A DNA stretch of 64,000 bases from Octopus sinensis (GCF_006345805.1 NC_042997.1:120404001-120468000); one strand, 5' to 3'. Counted from the stretch's first letter, positions 1 through 13,845 are shown. Numbers and translations: made by a program. The notes: a model not told the origin generated them from the sequence alone.

Positions 1-977
1 ACTACATGCAAGTATCTCAGCTGAATTACTCCAAACGATAGAATCTTCTTCACACTTTCCGCAGGGAAATTTCCTCTATTTATAAACACGTTATAAACTC
101 CTATACCACCGTTTTAAGTCATTTGTCTTTAATACGTTTTATTCACAAGAGAGATAAAAATTGAATTTACTGTGGTTATCAGGAAAACAAAAATCTAGCC
201 TCTGGTGTATTCTGGATGAAAAAAATGTTTTCTTTCAAGTACATCAAAAGTTATAAGCAACTTTCAAACAAAACTTCCAGTGAATGAGTGAAAGAAATAT
301 TCAGATTTCTCGGTTTAAGTTTGTAAAAATCCTGCTTTCAAGTTTTCTTATCATTGAAAGCTATAGCACTGCATTATGATTTTCGTAAAATTACGCATCG
401 ACATTCTTCATTTCAATTATTATGGCAACACACAGACACACATCCGCGATAGGATATACCTATTAAGTACATATCGGGTAATTATTTGATCGAACCGAGA
501 GGAATATAAGAGGAGTGCAACACTTTAATGCCGGACGTTTTGGTTTATATTTAACATTTCTTTCAGTCTTCTGCAATATAAAGCAGTTTTCGAACAAACA
601 CACAGGCCTTTGAATCATAGTGAGACGAGGATTTAATACTTCTCTGTTACTTTATTTTTCGTCGGTCGGATTGGAAATAAAGCATCAAGTATTTTGTGGC
701 GTTTTCCCTGACAACGATTTTAGGAATACAAAATGAAAAACGAAAAGAAGTTTTAGAATTCCTCCTCCAGCAGATAGCAAGCTATTTTCTTCAAATAAAA
801 CTTAAACAACTAATAGAAAGGAAAATCGTAATGGACAATAAACTCCTACGTCGGCTCTATCTGAAACAGATGGCGATCCTTGAAATATTTCGGGTGAAAA
901 GTAAGGATTGTTTAATTTTATAATAATTATAATATAAACAGTCGGAAAATTGGAGTATTAAAATATGTATATGCTTA

Positions 978-1670
978 ATGACAATAACACAAAAAATACT
1001 GAACATGAACTGGAGGGTCAACTTGAGTAATGAGCAAGTGTCTCCGCTGTACCGCATCCGTAATAGAATGGATGAATCCAGTGCCCATATTACAAAGGAA
1101 TGCCCTAGACTTGCCCCAAACCACTGCAAGTTGTGGCGACACGACCAAGTAGTGAAATTTCTACACAGGAAACTGCGCAAAAAGTGAAAGCTAGAGAGAG
1201 GCAAGACGCGGTATGAGCACAAGCCGCAGCAATCCTCTGGGATTTCCCAATCCAAACAAAGCAGGTGCTAGAGCACAACAGACCGGATCTAGTGGTGATA
1301 GAGAAAGTGCAACAGATACTATACAGTTGACATTGCATGCCCCTTGACCCACGAATAGTTAGGAAGGAAGGCGAAAAGATAGATAGATACAAACCACATA
1401 AGTACGAAATACACGGCTATGGAAAATGGAGAAGGTGAAGATAGTGCCAATTATTGTTGGGACCTTGGGAACGGTATCAAAAGGCATCAAGAGGAATATA
1501 AAGGAAAGAGAAATAGAGTGTCCAGTAGAACTGGCACGGCCAGAATAATCAGGAATGTATTAGATGGCTGAAAAGAACAGATACCGTAGACTGCAGGTAG
1601 TAAGCCCGCTATGCATACAAGACTCTAAGAGCTCAAACAGAACGTGCGATGAAGAGAGAGAAAAAAAACT
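978..1670 (+). mobile_element. Degenerate 3' fragment of R4/Dong-clade non-LTR retrotransposon (CCHC knuckle + restriction-like endonuclease)
   Basis: Translations SPLYRIRNRMDESSAHITKECPRLAPNHCKLWRHDQV and AILWDFPIQT..HNRPDLVVIEK...EKIDRYK...VPIIVGTLG, with frameshifts; ends in an (AAT)n tail. Confidence 0.8.
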
Positions 1671-1830
1671 AATAATAATAATAATAAGACGAAGAAGAAG
1701 AAAAAGAAGAAGAAGAAGAAGAAGAAGAAGAAGAAGAAGAAGAAGAAGAAGAAGAAGAAGAAATATAACAATAACAACAAAAACAACGACAACAATAATA
1801 ATAATATTAATAATAATATTAATAATAATA

Positions 1831-1865
<35 letters not shown>
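1671..1865. repeat. Compound (AAT)n/(AAG)n/(AAC)n microsatellite
   Basis: Direct reading. Confidence 0.95.
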
Positions 1866-1867
<2 letters not shown>

Positions 1868-2615
1868 GAGGGATTTTTAATTGCAGCACAAGACCAAAGC
1901 CTCCCCACCAGAAATTACCAAAAACATGTAATGAAAAGAAATATTACAAGTAACTGCAGAATATGTGGAGATGGACAAGAAACAATAAATCACTAGCTGC
2001 CCAGTCCTGGCTAAGAAGGAATATATTCACAGACATGACAGAGTTGGAACCTACATACATTGGAAGCTATGCCAACATTATGGAATAACAACAGAAAAAA
2101 GATGGTATAGGCACACACCAGAAAAGGTCACAGAAAACGAGAAAGCAACCATACTCTGGGATATGCCGATACACACAGATAGAGAAATTAAGGCCAACAG
2201 ACCAGATATAGCTGTCAGAGATCATGAAGAAAAAAAATGCTTTCTAATTGATGTATCAATACCGGCAGATGACAACGTGTCTCTAAAAGAAATGGAGAAA
2301 CTCTCAAAATACAAAGACCTGGAAATAGAGGTAACTAGAATGTGGAACCTGAAAACAGAAACAATTCCTATCATAGTAGGTGCATTAGGCATGATAAAAA
2401 AATATTCAGACAAATACATAACAAAAACACCAGGACTTACAAACACATATAACATACAGAAAATTGCACTACTAGGCACTGCACACATCCTACGAAGAAC
2501 ACTTTCCATACAATAACCATCAGAGCATCACAACAAATCACAGCACATACCCAAGGCACACAGAGCTGCGCTCGGTAGTAAAGTGAAAGCACGCTATAAA
2601 AATAAAACTACTGAG
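1866..2615 (+). mobile_element. 5'-truncated young Dong/R4 retrotransposon copy (zinc knuckle, RLE domain, 3' UTR)
   Basis: EGFLIAAQDQSLPTRNY..CRICG..ETINH..CP..RHD, then ILWDMPIHTDREIKANRPDI..FLIDVSIP..EKLSKYKDLEIEV..PIIVGALG..TAHILRR (ORF 2163-2516); (AAT)n on both sides. Confidence 0.93.
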
Positions 2616-2640
2616 TAATAATAATAATAATAATAATAAT

Positions 2641-2828
2641 ACTTTCTACTGTTGACTCAAGGCTTGAAATTTTGGAGAAGGTGTATAGTTGACTATATCG
2701 ACCCCAAATGTTACCGAGAGGATGAGAGGCAAAATCGACCTCGTCGGAATTTGAACACGCACCGTAGCAACGGGCGAACTACCGCTAAGTATTTCATCAA
2801 GGATGCTAACGATTAAGTCAGCTCACCG
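2641..2828 (-). mobile_element. tRNA-derived SINE, diverged copy (family also at 50763-50897; fragment near 43585-43645)
   Basis: Matches 50763-50897 (gtcgacctcggcggaatttgaac...taccgctaagc...gctaacgatt); family recognised from memory of octopus repeats. Confidence 0.65.
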
Positions 2829-2831
2829 TTT

Positions 2832-2832
2832 T

Positions 2833-2870
<38 letters not shown>

Positions 2871-2878
2871 TATTATTA

Positions 2879-2944
<66 letters not shown>

Positions 2945-2952
2945 TATCATTA
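2832..2952. repeat. (ATC)n/(ATT)n microsatellite
   Basis: Direct reading. Confidence 0.95.
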
Positions 2953-3438
2953 TTCAGTAGTTTTATTTTTATAGCGTGCTTTCACTTCACTACCGAGCGC
3001 AGCTCTGTGTGCCTTAGGTATGTGCTGTGATTTGTTGTGATGCTCTGATGGTTATTGCATGGAAAGTATTCTGCGTAGGATGTGTGCAGTGCCTAGTAGT
3101 GCAATTTTCCGTATCTTATATGTGTTTGTAAGTCCTGGTGTATTTGTTATGTATTTGTCTGAATATTTTTTTATCATGCCTAATGCATCTACTATGATAG
3201 AAATTGTTTCTGTTTTTAGATTCCACATTCTGGTTACCTCTATTTCCAGGTCTTTGTATTTTGAAAGTTTCTCCATTTCTTTTAGAGACACGTTGTCATC
3301 TGCCGGTATTGATACATCAATTAGAAAGCATTTTTTCTTCATGATCTCTGACAACTATATCTGGTCTGTTGGCCTTAATTTCTCTATCTGTGTGTATCGG
3401 CATATCCCAGAGTATGGTTGCTTTTTAGTTTTCTGTGT
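2953..3438 (-). mobile_element. 5'-truncated Dong/R4 copy, same young family as 1866-2615, inverted
   Basis: ORF 3052-3354 nearly identical to 2163-2516; same 3' UTR; 2-nt deletion in an A-run; (ATT)n on both sides. Confidence 0.93.
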
Positions 3439-3465
3439 TTATTATTATTAATATTATTATTATTA

Positions 3466-3516
<51 letters not shown>

Positions 3517-3532
3517 TATTATTATTATTATT

Positions 3533-3593
<61 letters not shown>

Positions 3594-3609
3594 TAATAAT
3601 AATAATAAA
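3439..3609. repeat. (TAT)n switching to (AAT)n microsatellite at ~3535
   Basis: Direct reading. Confidence 0.95.
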
Positions 3610-4068
3610 TGGGCTACAGCAAATATTCTGCTCAATACCACAGATTTGCTTGTCAGTTGTTTGACCTTAACCAGTTGAGCATGTCCCTTAGTGGCTGACG
3701 ATATGTGCATCTCTGATCACGAGCAGAAGTAGTGGGGGAGCATCATAGCCATGTGTTGAGAAGGATTCTTTGGGGTTTGAATAATTCACCTCTGGAAACA
3801 TGGGTGTTTCGTTCAACATCCTTAAACAAGCCTTATTCAGGGACCTTTTGAGCGGGATGGGTTACTCGATCTGAAGAAAATTCTAACTGGGCTCCACCTG
3901 CAAGGTCATGTGCTGTTTATCTTGATATGAGATCATCATGTCACGCACATATGGTTGTGATGCATGTGCGTGGTGTACCCTTATCAGACGGGTAGTCATG
4001 ATGGGTATACTGGGCTTCGTATATTTTACCCCAGTGTCACTTCGATGGCATGCTCTGCTCGCTCACTC
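3610..4068. mobile_element. ~460-bp non-coding interspersed element of unknown class embedded in (AAT)n
   Basis: GC-richer block with sharp AAT-repeat boundaries and no credible ORF; recalled as a common octopus repeat (not verifiable here). Confidence 0.5.
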
Positions 4069-4104
4069 AATAATAATAATAATAATAACAATAATTATAA
4101 TAAT

Positions 4105-5040
4105 GAGTCATAAAGAAGAACAATAAAGAAGTGATAAATTTGGATACGAAGACAAGAAAAATAATGATAGTGCACGAAGACGTCCACCCTAAGAGTGATA
4201 TTGACAGGTTGTTGTTGTCCAGAAGAAAGGATGGGAGAGGTTTGATCAGTTGTCAGGTTGTATCGAAAGAAAAGAAAACAAGTTTGGTGGTATGTAAAAA
4301 GTACCGAGGAACCGTTGTTGAAAAATGTGAAGAAGCCCTGTATCATTAAAACTGACAACTGTTTAAAGAAAGAAAATCTTAAAGCAGGAGTAAAGAAGAC
4401 ACACGCAAAAATAAAGGATCAATATAGAAGAAGAAAAAGTAAGGGTAGTTTGAAAGAGATATGAACCTCGAAACAGATACAGAAGAACAGTGTCTGTCGA
4501 TAAAGAGGATTCACTTTAAGATAGAGAGGAAAGCACTTATATGCGAAGCTTAAGAACAAGAGTTAAGGTGAAGTTCAGAATCGACAACGCAGATGACAGC
4601 GACAAAGGCAGAATATGTGGTTAGAGGGATGAAAAGGTATGGCACATCGTTAGCTAGTGCCCGAGATTTGCATAACGCGAATGCAGAAGACGATATTAAA
4701 ATGTGATAAGAAGGATCCATTGGGTACTCTGTGGAATTCACGGACTACAAAGAGCAAGCATGTAGTACGAGAAAACCTGAGAAGGTGCCACCAAGAATGA
4801 AAATTACATAATCCTGTGGGGTACAATGATTCAGTGCGATCAATTGTTCAGACATCGGAAACCGAACATTGATATAGTGAATAAAAACGAAAGAACTTGT
4901 ATGATAATTGACATACCATGTCACGGTGACAACAGGATCAATGAGAAAGAAGAAGAAAAACTGGAAAACTACGACGATTTGAAGTGAGAAATACGAACCT
5001 TGTGTTCAATGATGAGAGTACTTGTGATACATGTAATTTC
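4105..5040 (+). mobile_element. Old degenerate Dong/R4 fragment (RT C-terminus to RLE)
   Basis: LDTKTRKIMIVHEDVHPKSDIDRLLLSRRKDGRGLIS and IILWGTMIQCD..RKPNIDIV..IIDIPCHGDNRINEKEEEKLENYDDLK. Confidence 0.82.
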
Positions 5041-6019
5041 TTCGATATGAAGTTGTATGCTTTGTGCATTATCGTTTACTCTGGCCATTTTCTCTAATCT
5101 GCAACCGTTCGTAAAAGTCAGTCGGGATCTTCTCTTCAATGTGAAAAAACGAAAAAGTGAAACCGTTGTTAAGACTTTTACTCAAGAGAATGAGGTCTAT
5201 CTTTAATCTGTTCAGTGCCTCACACCCCATAATTCCTTTAGCCATTGCCACTTGGTAGAGGAAAATAAACAGTCTATCCCCATTAGATGCGGATGGAATT
5301 CAATACAGGCGCACCCGATAGGTGGGTCTTTCTTTTACGCCAAGGTAGATACTGTATGAATGCGTGCAGTACGGTTTCCTAGTTCTAACGCATCATGAAC
5401 ATCCCCATCTAACGAGACTGCCGTGTCTGTAGATGCTGTCTTAAAAGCAGCAGTACCAAGCTAACGATTTGTGGAAGTCAACTGTAGTTACTCCCGGCCT
5501 CAATACTCATTATGCCGGGAAGGTAGTTCATATTTGTCAAACTCTATTGTTTCTCCGCGGACTTCATCGACCTTAACAGTGTAATTAGTGGTATATGGGA
5601 GAAATATTTATGGAAATAAGTGTAATACGTAAGTAACCAGAAAGGAACTGGGTCAGTGGAGATTTTATTGACAAATGCAGCCAAAATTATAAAATGCGGC
5701 GTAACATCATGCTTGTCAATCAAATCAGGAATACGAAGGTGATATCCTTCAACAAAAAGAAGTGATAATATAAGCGAAATTTTGTGAAATAAACAGCAAC
5801 AGCAATTCATTACAGGAAGAAATCTGAATAAAAATCGCAAGAACAATGTTAAGGAAAATGGAAAATTATAGGGCTGCACAAGAATTGTATTACCCTGAAC
5901 ATATATATTCGAAAGCAAAATTTAGAACATCTGGTTCAAACGTTCTCATGGCTACCAGGGATTTACAATGTGCATATGTACAGAAACAACTTGCGTGAAT
6001 TTGAATAGAAACATAGATT

Positions 6020-6420
6020 TAAATTATCGGTTATTTACTGGTAGACATAATTGAAGGAAAAATTACTAGCGCTTATATGAAGAAACATTTAAAGTACAAA
6101 CATCAAAAGAATAACAGACCAATTACTGATAGATAAGATGGCGGTTTAAATGCGTTGCTTGAAGCGAAAACAATTGATGCATTGCATATGTCAATTACTG
6201 AAAGGTGTTCGACTAGTTTCAGCAAACCTGGATCAAAAGATGATTGAAACCACTCACGATCTAGAAAATGATTAGATATCTGACAACAACTCTAACAGAC
6301 GTTGAAGAGTGTAGATAATATCAGGAATAGGAATATCTCCCAATGAATAATCTTTCAAGATGACAGCCCTTCTATATTGATGCCATTGTCGATTATGCTA
6401 AACAGCTGAAGTAGGAGAGT
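6020..6420 (+). mobile_element. Highly decayed RT core of an RLE-type (R4/Dong-like) retrotransposon
   Basis: Fragments NYRLFT, QLLIDKMA, KVFD*..TWI, IFQDDSP corresponding to NYRPIT, QLLIDK, KAFDSV..WI, IFQGDS. Confidence 0.5.
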
Positions 6421-7104
6421 CACTATGTGAAAATGCGGAAGATAGTTCTCATCTCATTTTTTATGCGTGATTTATTGCAAAAAAAACCCATAATAATATT
6501 TCTAGTGAGACACAAAATGTGTTGGAATTGATCTAGCTGATGGCAAGAATATGAAATATTTAAGTGCAAAAGAAGCATATAAGAATGCTGGAATAGAGGA
6601 GAATTATAAAAGGCAAAGTACAAAAATGAAGAGACTATGCACTCAAAAATATTATCCTACAACTTAAGATTCTAAATTTACCTTTGAATGCGGGACAAAG
6701 TATACATGCAAGGGATTTTCGTTAAGTAAAAATGACTAATAATGTATGGGGAAAGAATTATAGAAGTTACTATTTTCTGTAGAAACCAAACAGAAAATCA
6801 AAGCACAACGCAAATAAATAAATAAATAAATAAAATAAAGTAAAATAAATTATAATAATAATAAAAAGGTATGGTAGTCACTGGTGACTTGGTGTTTGAT
6901 ATGCTTTCGGAAATATAGATATAAATGTGATATGAAACTTGAAATTCGTAATTGTGAAATAATTGAGATTAAATATAAGACGTTAGATTCACTGTTATGT
7001 GTCTAAAAGCACCACATCACCCCTCAATTAAAACGCTAAGCCCACTAACTGAGAATAAACCAAATCAACACAAAACAAAATTCAGCTTTTATGGTGAAAT
7101 ATGT

Positions 7105-7277
<173 letters not shown>

Positions 7278-7702
7278 TAAGTATAAGTGTATATATTTAT
7301 GTGAGTGCGTGCGTGTGTCAGTGCGCGCAGGCGTGTCTCTATGTATTTATATACATATATGACGTCAGATTAGTTTTAAAAGTTTCAAAACGGAAAATTC
7401 AAAGGTTTATCGTTTGTGACTTCGGTGAGTCGCCGCAAATTGGCCATCTTAGATTAAGTTTCATATATTGGTAGGAATATTATTTTAAGACAGGTAAAGA
7501 GAACGAATCTTGTTTCAAGATTATTGCAGAAATTTCCCTTTCTTAATAATCCCAAATAAGTAGTGTGTGACAGATTTGAAAGAGGAAGTTTGGTGAAGTG
7601 CTGCCATAGAGCTTCAATGCATATTTACCGAGGCGGGGTTTTATTGGAATCCGATTTCTTACACGCACACGCACGTACACGCACATCCATATAATATATA
7701 GT

Positions 7703-7768
<66 letters not shown>

Positions 7769-7772
<4 letters not shown>

Positions 7773-7891
7773 GTGAATTGAAGAAATGGAGTTGAACGAA
7801 GATTGAACAGAAATCGTTTTATTTCATTCTAGAATGAAATAAAACGATTTCTGTTCAATCTTCGTTCAACTCCATTCTTCAATTCACTAAT
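7769..7891. repeat. Spacerless ~62-bp-arm palindrome centred on TCT|AGA (7830/7831)
   Basis: Arms are reverse complements except for one 1-nt indel. Confidence 0.95.
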
Positions 7892-8045
7892 AATATTAAA
7901 ATTCAATTATCCGCACCAACGCACGGTTGCAACACCATATGGTTGTACCTCCAACCGTGCTGTCTTCTGCTGTGATTTTTGCTACCAAGGTATCGGTTAA
8001 ACTTTTGATTAATCTGCAACAAGATTATTCATCTTTCTATTTCAC

Positions 8046-8155
<110 letters not shown>

Positions 8156-8161
8156 CATACA

Positions 8162-8216
<55 letters not shown>

Positions 8217-9142
8217 CTGTTGAGTTGATTTGAATAATAGCGAGGAAGAAAAAATGTTTTTTCCAGAGCTGAATTTTTGCACACAGAAATAGGAAAGAAA
8301 TGAAAAGTGGTAGCGAAGTTAAATGTAATAATCATTATATTTAAAAATATCTAAACAAACTATATAAATTATGTATGAAAAATTAATAGAATCCAAGAAT
8401 TTCGCTTAATCACTCGTCATATTTTAAAATCTATTTTCATATGTTAACGTATAAATATCTATCTGAATAATCACGTTCATATTTTTGCTACTATTAATAG
8501 ACTTTTTCGATTATCTTTACCAAACATTATTAGAACAGATCTGGAATAGAAATTCTTATATGCAAGTTCTGATGATATACACAGCCCTTGAGATATTTTA
8601 AAATCTGCTTTAAGCGAAGTGATAAAAAATATTGAAATAAATGAAAATCGTGTCTGTGAATATAAGATCAAAATTGAAATTCCATGAAGAATTTACTGTA
8701 ATAATATAATTTGTATAGAAATTTAAGAATTTGGTGTTTAAGATGCTGATGTATGGAGCACTAAATGGTGACTATATCACGCTTAAACTAGCATTTTATT
8801 ACATGGTGTTTTTAAAATATCGTATGTATATAATTGTAGCTCTACATTCACATGACTGCAAACTAAGTTGAGATCCGTAATCAACATTAAAACAACAGCG
8901 AAGATAATTTTAAAATAATTGATTCGTATATAAGCATGATGTTTGCAGATTTTGCCGGGAGGAGAAGTTCACTGGTGTGTTATTTTGTCATTCCTACTAA
9001 GCTGGAGAGCAACGATGTCTTCAGTTACCAGTTACATTTGAATGCAATAGCAACGAGACACATCAAATACGAAATAGCATTCTTCTGAGCTTTAAGAAAA
9101 GATATATATAGTACATACACACACACGTATACACACAAATAT

Positions 9143-9199
<57 letters not shown>

Positions 9200-9209
<10 letters not shown>

Positions 9210-9328
9210 TTCCTACCAAATGTTAAAAACACACATCTATTTACACCACAATGAACTCTGGGACCAATCAAAAACGGCCCACTCCCACAAAGACATGTGT
9301 ATGTATATATATATATATATATATACAC

Positions 9329-9392
<64 letters not shown>

Positions 9393-10207
9393 TCACACCA
9401 TTTTGACCCCCATAGAGACACACATATACACACACGTGCGCACACACAGCACCATGACAAATACCAAACATGCACATTCATACACACACAAACACAAACA
9501 CATGTATATGTATATATATGTATATATATGAATATGTATATATATACGCACACACACAAACATAATCAATACCTACACACACAAAACGCATATATACACA
9601 CACGTCACACGGATACACCCAACAGACATGGACATACATACGAACAAACACATGCACACTAACGCACACGCAACACACTAACAAACACTAACCACACACA
9701 CACACAAACGGGCACACATATACACACACCATCCTATCAAATAAAAAAAAACACATCTATTTACACCACAAGGGACTCTGGGATCAATCAAAAACTGCCC
9801 CCCACACACCCACAAACACATGTATACACATATATATACACACACATTCACACCATTCTGACCTCCATACAGACACACATATACACACACGTATACACAC
9901 GCAGCACCAAGCCAAATGCCAACCACACACATACATACACACACACACACCACCAAGACAATCACACACACGGTTAAGAAACGGGCACGCATATACACAC
10001 ACCATCCTACCAAATGTTTAGACAACACACATCTATTTACACCAAAATGGACCCTGGGGCCAATCAAAAACAGCCCACACACACCAACACATGTATACAT
10101 ATATATACACACACAGACACACACGCTAACACCATTCTGACCTCCATACAAACACACATATACACACACATATACACAAGCAGCACCATGCCAAATGCCA
10201 ATCACAC

Positions 10208-10247
<40 letters not shown>

Positions 10248-10400
10248 CACCAAGACAATCACACACACGGTTGACAAACGGGCACACATACACACACACC
10301 ATCCTACCAGATTTTACAAACACACAGACACATCTATTCAAACCACATATGTATACACACACACACAAAGACAAACACACTCAAACCATCCTGACCTCTA
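9200..10400. repeat. Compound minisatellite: ~275-bp units with embedded CA/TA microsatellites
   Basis: Anchor acacatctatttacacc recurs at ~9230, ~9750, ~10027 and ~10328; anchor ccattytgacc at ~9397, ~9852, ~10131 and ~10385. Confidence 0.85.
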
Positions 10401-10618
10401 AAGCCAATACCCCAAATCATTGATGCTTGAAGGAGAGACAAAAAGGAGAAATTCTTTTCAGTTCCGCATTACTCCTCCTTCCCCCAACCCAAACACACCT
10501 ACAATGTCCCTTGAAATAGATAATATTCTTTTACGTTAACATGGTGGACAGGTCAGTTTTAGCTTCCCTATTATTATAATGTAAACCTTTTTGAACTCAT
10601 AATGTTCAGTGCGTCTAT

Positions 10619-11005
10619 ACCAATATTCCACTGAACTTTTTAATAATTCCTTCTGGAAATTATCTTGAAAATGTATAATATATTTGTTGTAATCTTTTGT
10701 GCCCAATATTTCAATGAACTTGTTAAACTTTTTTATGTTCCTAACATGCTCTTGTCACCAAAGAATGTATATATATGTATTGTAGTACTCTGTGTCAGCC
10801 AATATTCTGTGCGTGTTTGAATATACAAATACAATACCAATATCTCACTGAACTTTTTAATAATTCCTTCTTGAAACTTTCTTTAACATGTTCCTGAGAA
10901 TGTATATTTATGTTGTAATCTTTTGTGCCCAATATTTTAAGGAACTTGTTAAACTTTTTTATGTCTTTAACATGTCCTTGTTACCAAAGACTGTATATAT
11001 TTAAT
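10619..11005. repeat. Diverged tandem duplication, period ~217 bp
   Basis: accaatat..cactgaactttttaataattccttc..ttgtaatcttttgtgcccaatatttt..gaacttgttaaac occurs at 10619 and 10836. Confidence 0.85.
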
Positions 11006-11180
11006 GTAGCATTTTGTAACAACCAATAATTAACGCAACCAAACTTCTACATGTTACTTTTGACAATCTTTTTCAAAAGAGTGAAACTGGTAAAGTAATG
11101 AAACATCTTTTAAAATTGCATTTTCAAACCATCTTTCACATATAATTCCTCTGGTGCGGTACCCTACAACTCCACTTTGT

Positions 11181-11233
<53 letters not shown>

Positions 11234-11234
11234 G

Positions 11235-11265
<31 letters not shown>

Positions 11266-11375
11266 CACACATATATGATATATATATATAGATTCAGATG
11301 AATATGGTACTTAAGTTGAGGCACCAGAATTTAGCACAACATTATCCGTACAATTTCAAAGTAAGGTGATTAAAA

Positions 11376-11577
11376 TCAAAATAAGCAACAAGGATATCCA
11401 GAGGTATTGCAGTACGATCGTTTCATGCAACTCCATTTAATTGAACAATGTAACCATTCCATCAATTTAGAATGTAGAACAATCATCAGCTGCACGAAGA
11501 CATACAATTTGATTAAATTAGAACAGATGGACTCATTAGTATAATTATACCTAAAATCTCCCAAGAATTTTAAGAGA
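11376..11577 (+). repeat. ~200-bp dispersed repeat (second copy 61397-61597)
   Basis: Both copies start tcaaaataagcaacaaggatatccagag and align along their length. Confidence 0.85.
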
Positions 11578-12617
11578 TAGACAAAGAACATGCTATCTCC
11601 ACTTCAGCATAGAAGTTACTAAATCATCAAGAAGACTGCCTGCCACAGATTTTATGGAGTCAGTTTTAATTTATATACTTGTTTATCAAATCCTTGTATA
11701 TCTAAGGCTGAGACAATGAAGGGCAGTATCTGTTCGGGGTAGGGCTGAGGGAGCAGGCAGAAATCATGGTTGGTATAGTTATCATGAGGTTTGGTAAAGG
11801 AAAATTTAAAACAAGATGTTGGCTGACAACTAAGTTTGCCCAGTAACAGACCATTGATAATGAAACAGGGGAAGTCTTATCATGTAGTACTATAGTTAAA
11901 TGCTTTAAACAATTTTGCTATATTGTATACAGATAAAGTTTAGGGCTATTCAGAGGCTTATTATGAAGAATATTTTAACTAAAAGGATAGAAATTTACGA
12001 GAACTTTTGAGTATATACCAAACGTTTACCACAATAGGGGGAGGAAAATAAATTATCCAGAAATATTTTAATATTTATACATATTGTACACTTAAATACT
12101 AAGTCATAAGATGGTATCTGTAAATATTGATTAATTGGTATATACTGGTATTAATGAAGGAGTAATGAGGTAAAAGAACATTCTAATTATATATTAATAA
12201 AATTATAATCTAAGCAGGTTTTTTTTATAAATAGTGAATATACCAGTATAGTTTTATATAAGTTAAGATAGTTTAGAGATACAAAGATTAGCTTTATATT
12301 ATGAATACATAAAGTCGAATTATAAGATAATAAAGAAATGAAATAAAATAATCATGTAGCGCAGAACATCATAGAAAAGGAATAAAATAGCTTAATTACT
12401 AATAATATGGTAAGGTATATGTAGCTTATTAACACCAATAGAGAAGATTTATAGAAAAAGTATCACAATTCAAAATATATTAGACTAAAATTTATATATT
12501 TACTTATTTAGCAAATATCAATAAAAGACTGAAGAAACATTTAAGTTATGGAACATTCATATTTTACACTAATCTTTCTTCATATAAACAAAAAGTTATA
12601 TTATAGGTTTAGGAAGT

Positions 12618-12676
<59 letters not shown>

Positions 12677-12838
12677 GTAACATTGTGATTAGTAATATTT
12701 ACTATTTAAAATTTATTTTATTATGTTTATTTAATTTATAAATTTTTTAATTAATATTTATTACCGTATATTTAAATTTTTGGTATTTAATTTGGATAAC
12801 GTCTTTCACTATTGAATTGCTTAATAAATGCTATTCTC

Positions 12839-12878
<40 letters not shown>

Positions 12879-13845
12879 GTATGTATGTATCATGTATGTA
12901 TGTTTGTATGTATGCATGTATATATGTATGTTTAGATGGTTAGGTGTGGTGTTAAGAAATTGAATATTGAAATAAAAAGTATATATACATATAAACGCAC
13001 ACACTCACACACATTCCCTGCAAACTAACCACACGATTTATAAGTGCTTGGCTCTTATAATACTTCTACATTGGCCTCCTCAAGATTTATTGTCTATTTG
13101 TTACATATTTAGTTTTATGTCACGTTGTAATGCTATCTCCTTCTCTCTGCCTACTTACATATATTTAACATTTCTTTAGTACTACGTCTATTGCAATGAA
13201 CTTACATTTTGTATCTTTTCACATCGTACGCTGTCTGTATCGAACTTCTTATATTCCGAGGCATTTAGGATTTTAAAATAAATGTTATTGAAAGCTATCA
13301 ATGAAATATTTCCATGTTTTGAAATATGGATATAATGTGAAGTATCATAAAACCGAATATAATAGACATCTCGGGAAAACTATCAGAATATTTTGGAGAA
13401 TTCTATTAAGTATATATCAATAAATGTTGATATAATTATTTATATAATACATTTTAATGTAAATTCAAGCTTAAATGGAGTTTTAATAGTCCATTTATAC
13501 ACATACACGAATTCACATATATATATTATATGTGTGTGTGTCTGTGTTTGCGTATTAATATATATTAATATATATGTATACATACACATGTGTAAATGTA
13601 TATGCCTTCCTGTACATGCAAACATACATACATAGAAACAACGACATTGAATGAGCCAAACCATTATAGCGGTTGAATTCTTTACTTAGTGAATCTGGTC
13701 GATTGGTTTAACAATTGTCTTGAGATTTCTTCAACACGCATATAACCCATTCATACATCATTGAATTTTATCATAAATTCATTGAGCTTATAGAAATGTT
13801 GGTTCTGTTGTCCATCATGGGAATGTAAGTAGTATTTCCAAGAAT

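Noticed and set aside
5250-5918. Moderately GC-rich unique stretch with a 124-aa minus ORF and a small hairpin (tcccggc/gccggga)
   Set aside because: No recognisable motif, stops in alternative frames, no consistent splice structure
11600-12600. Possible piggyBac relic (IFLDNLFSSP) or mitochondrial insertion (LGLFSGLLWSMF in mito code)
   Set aside because: Single short motifs with wrong spacing to other expected motifs; no extended frame in either code
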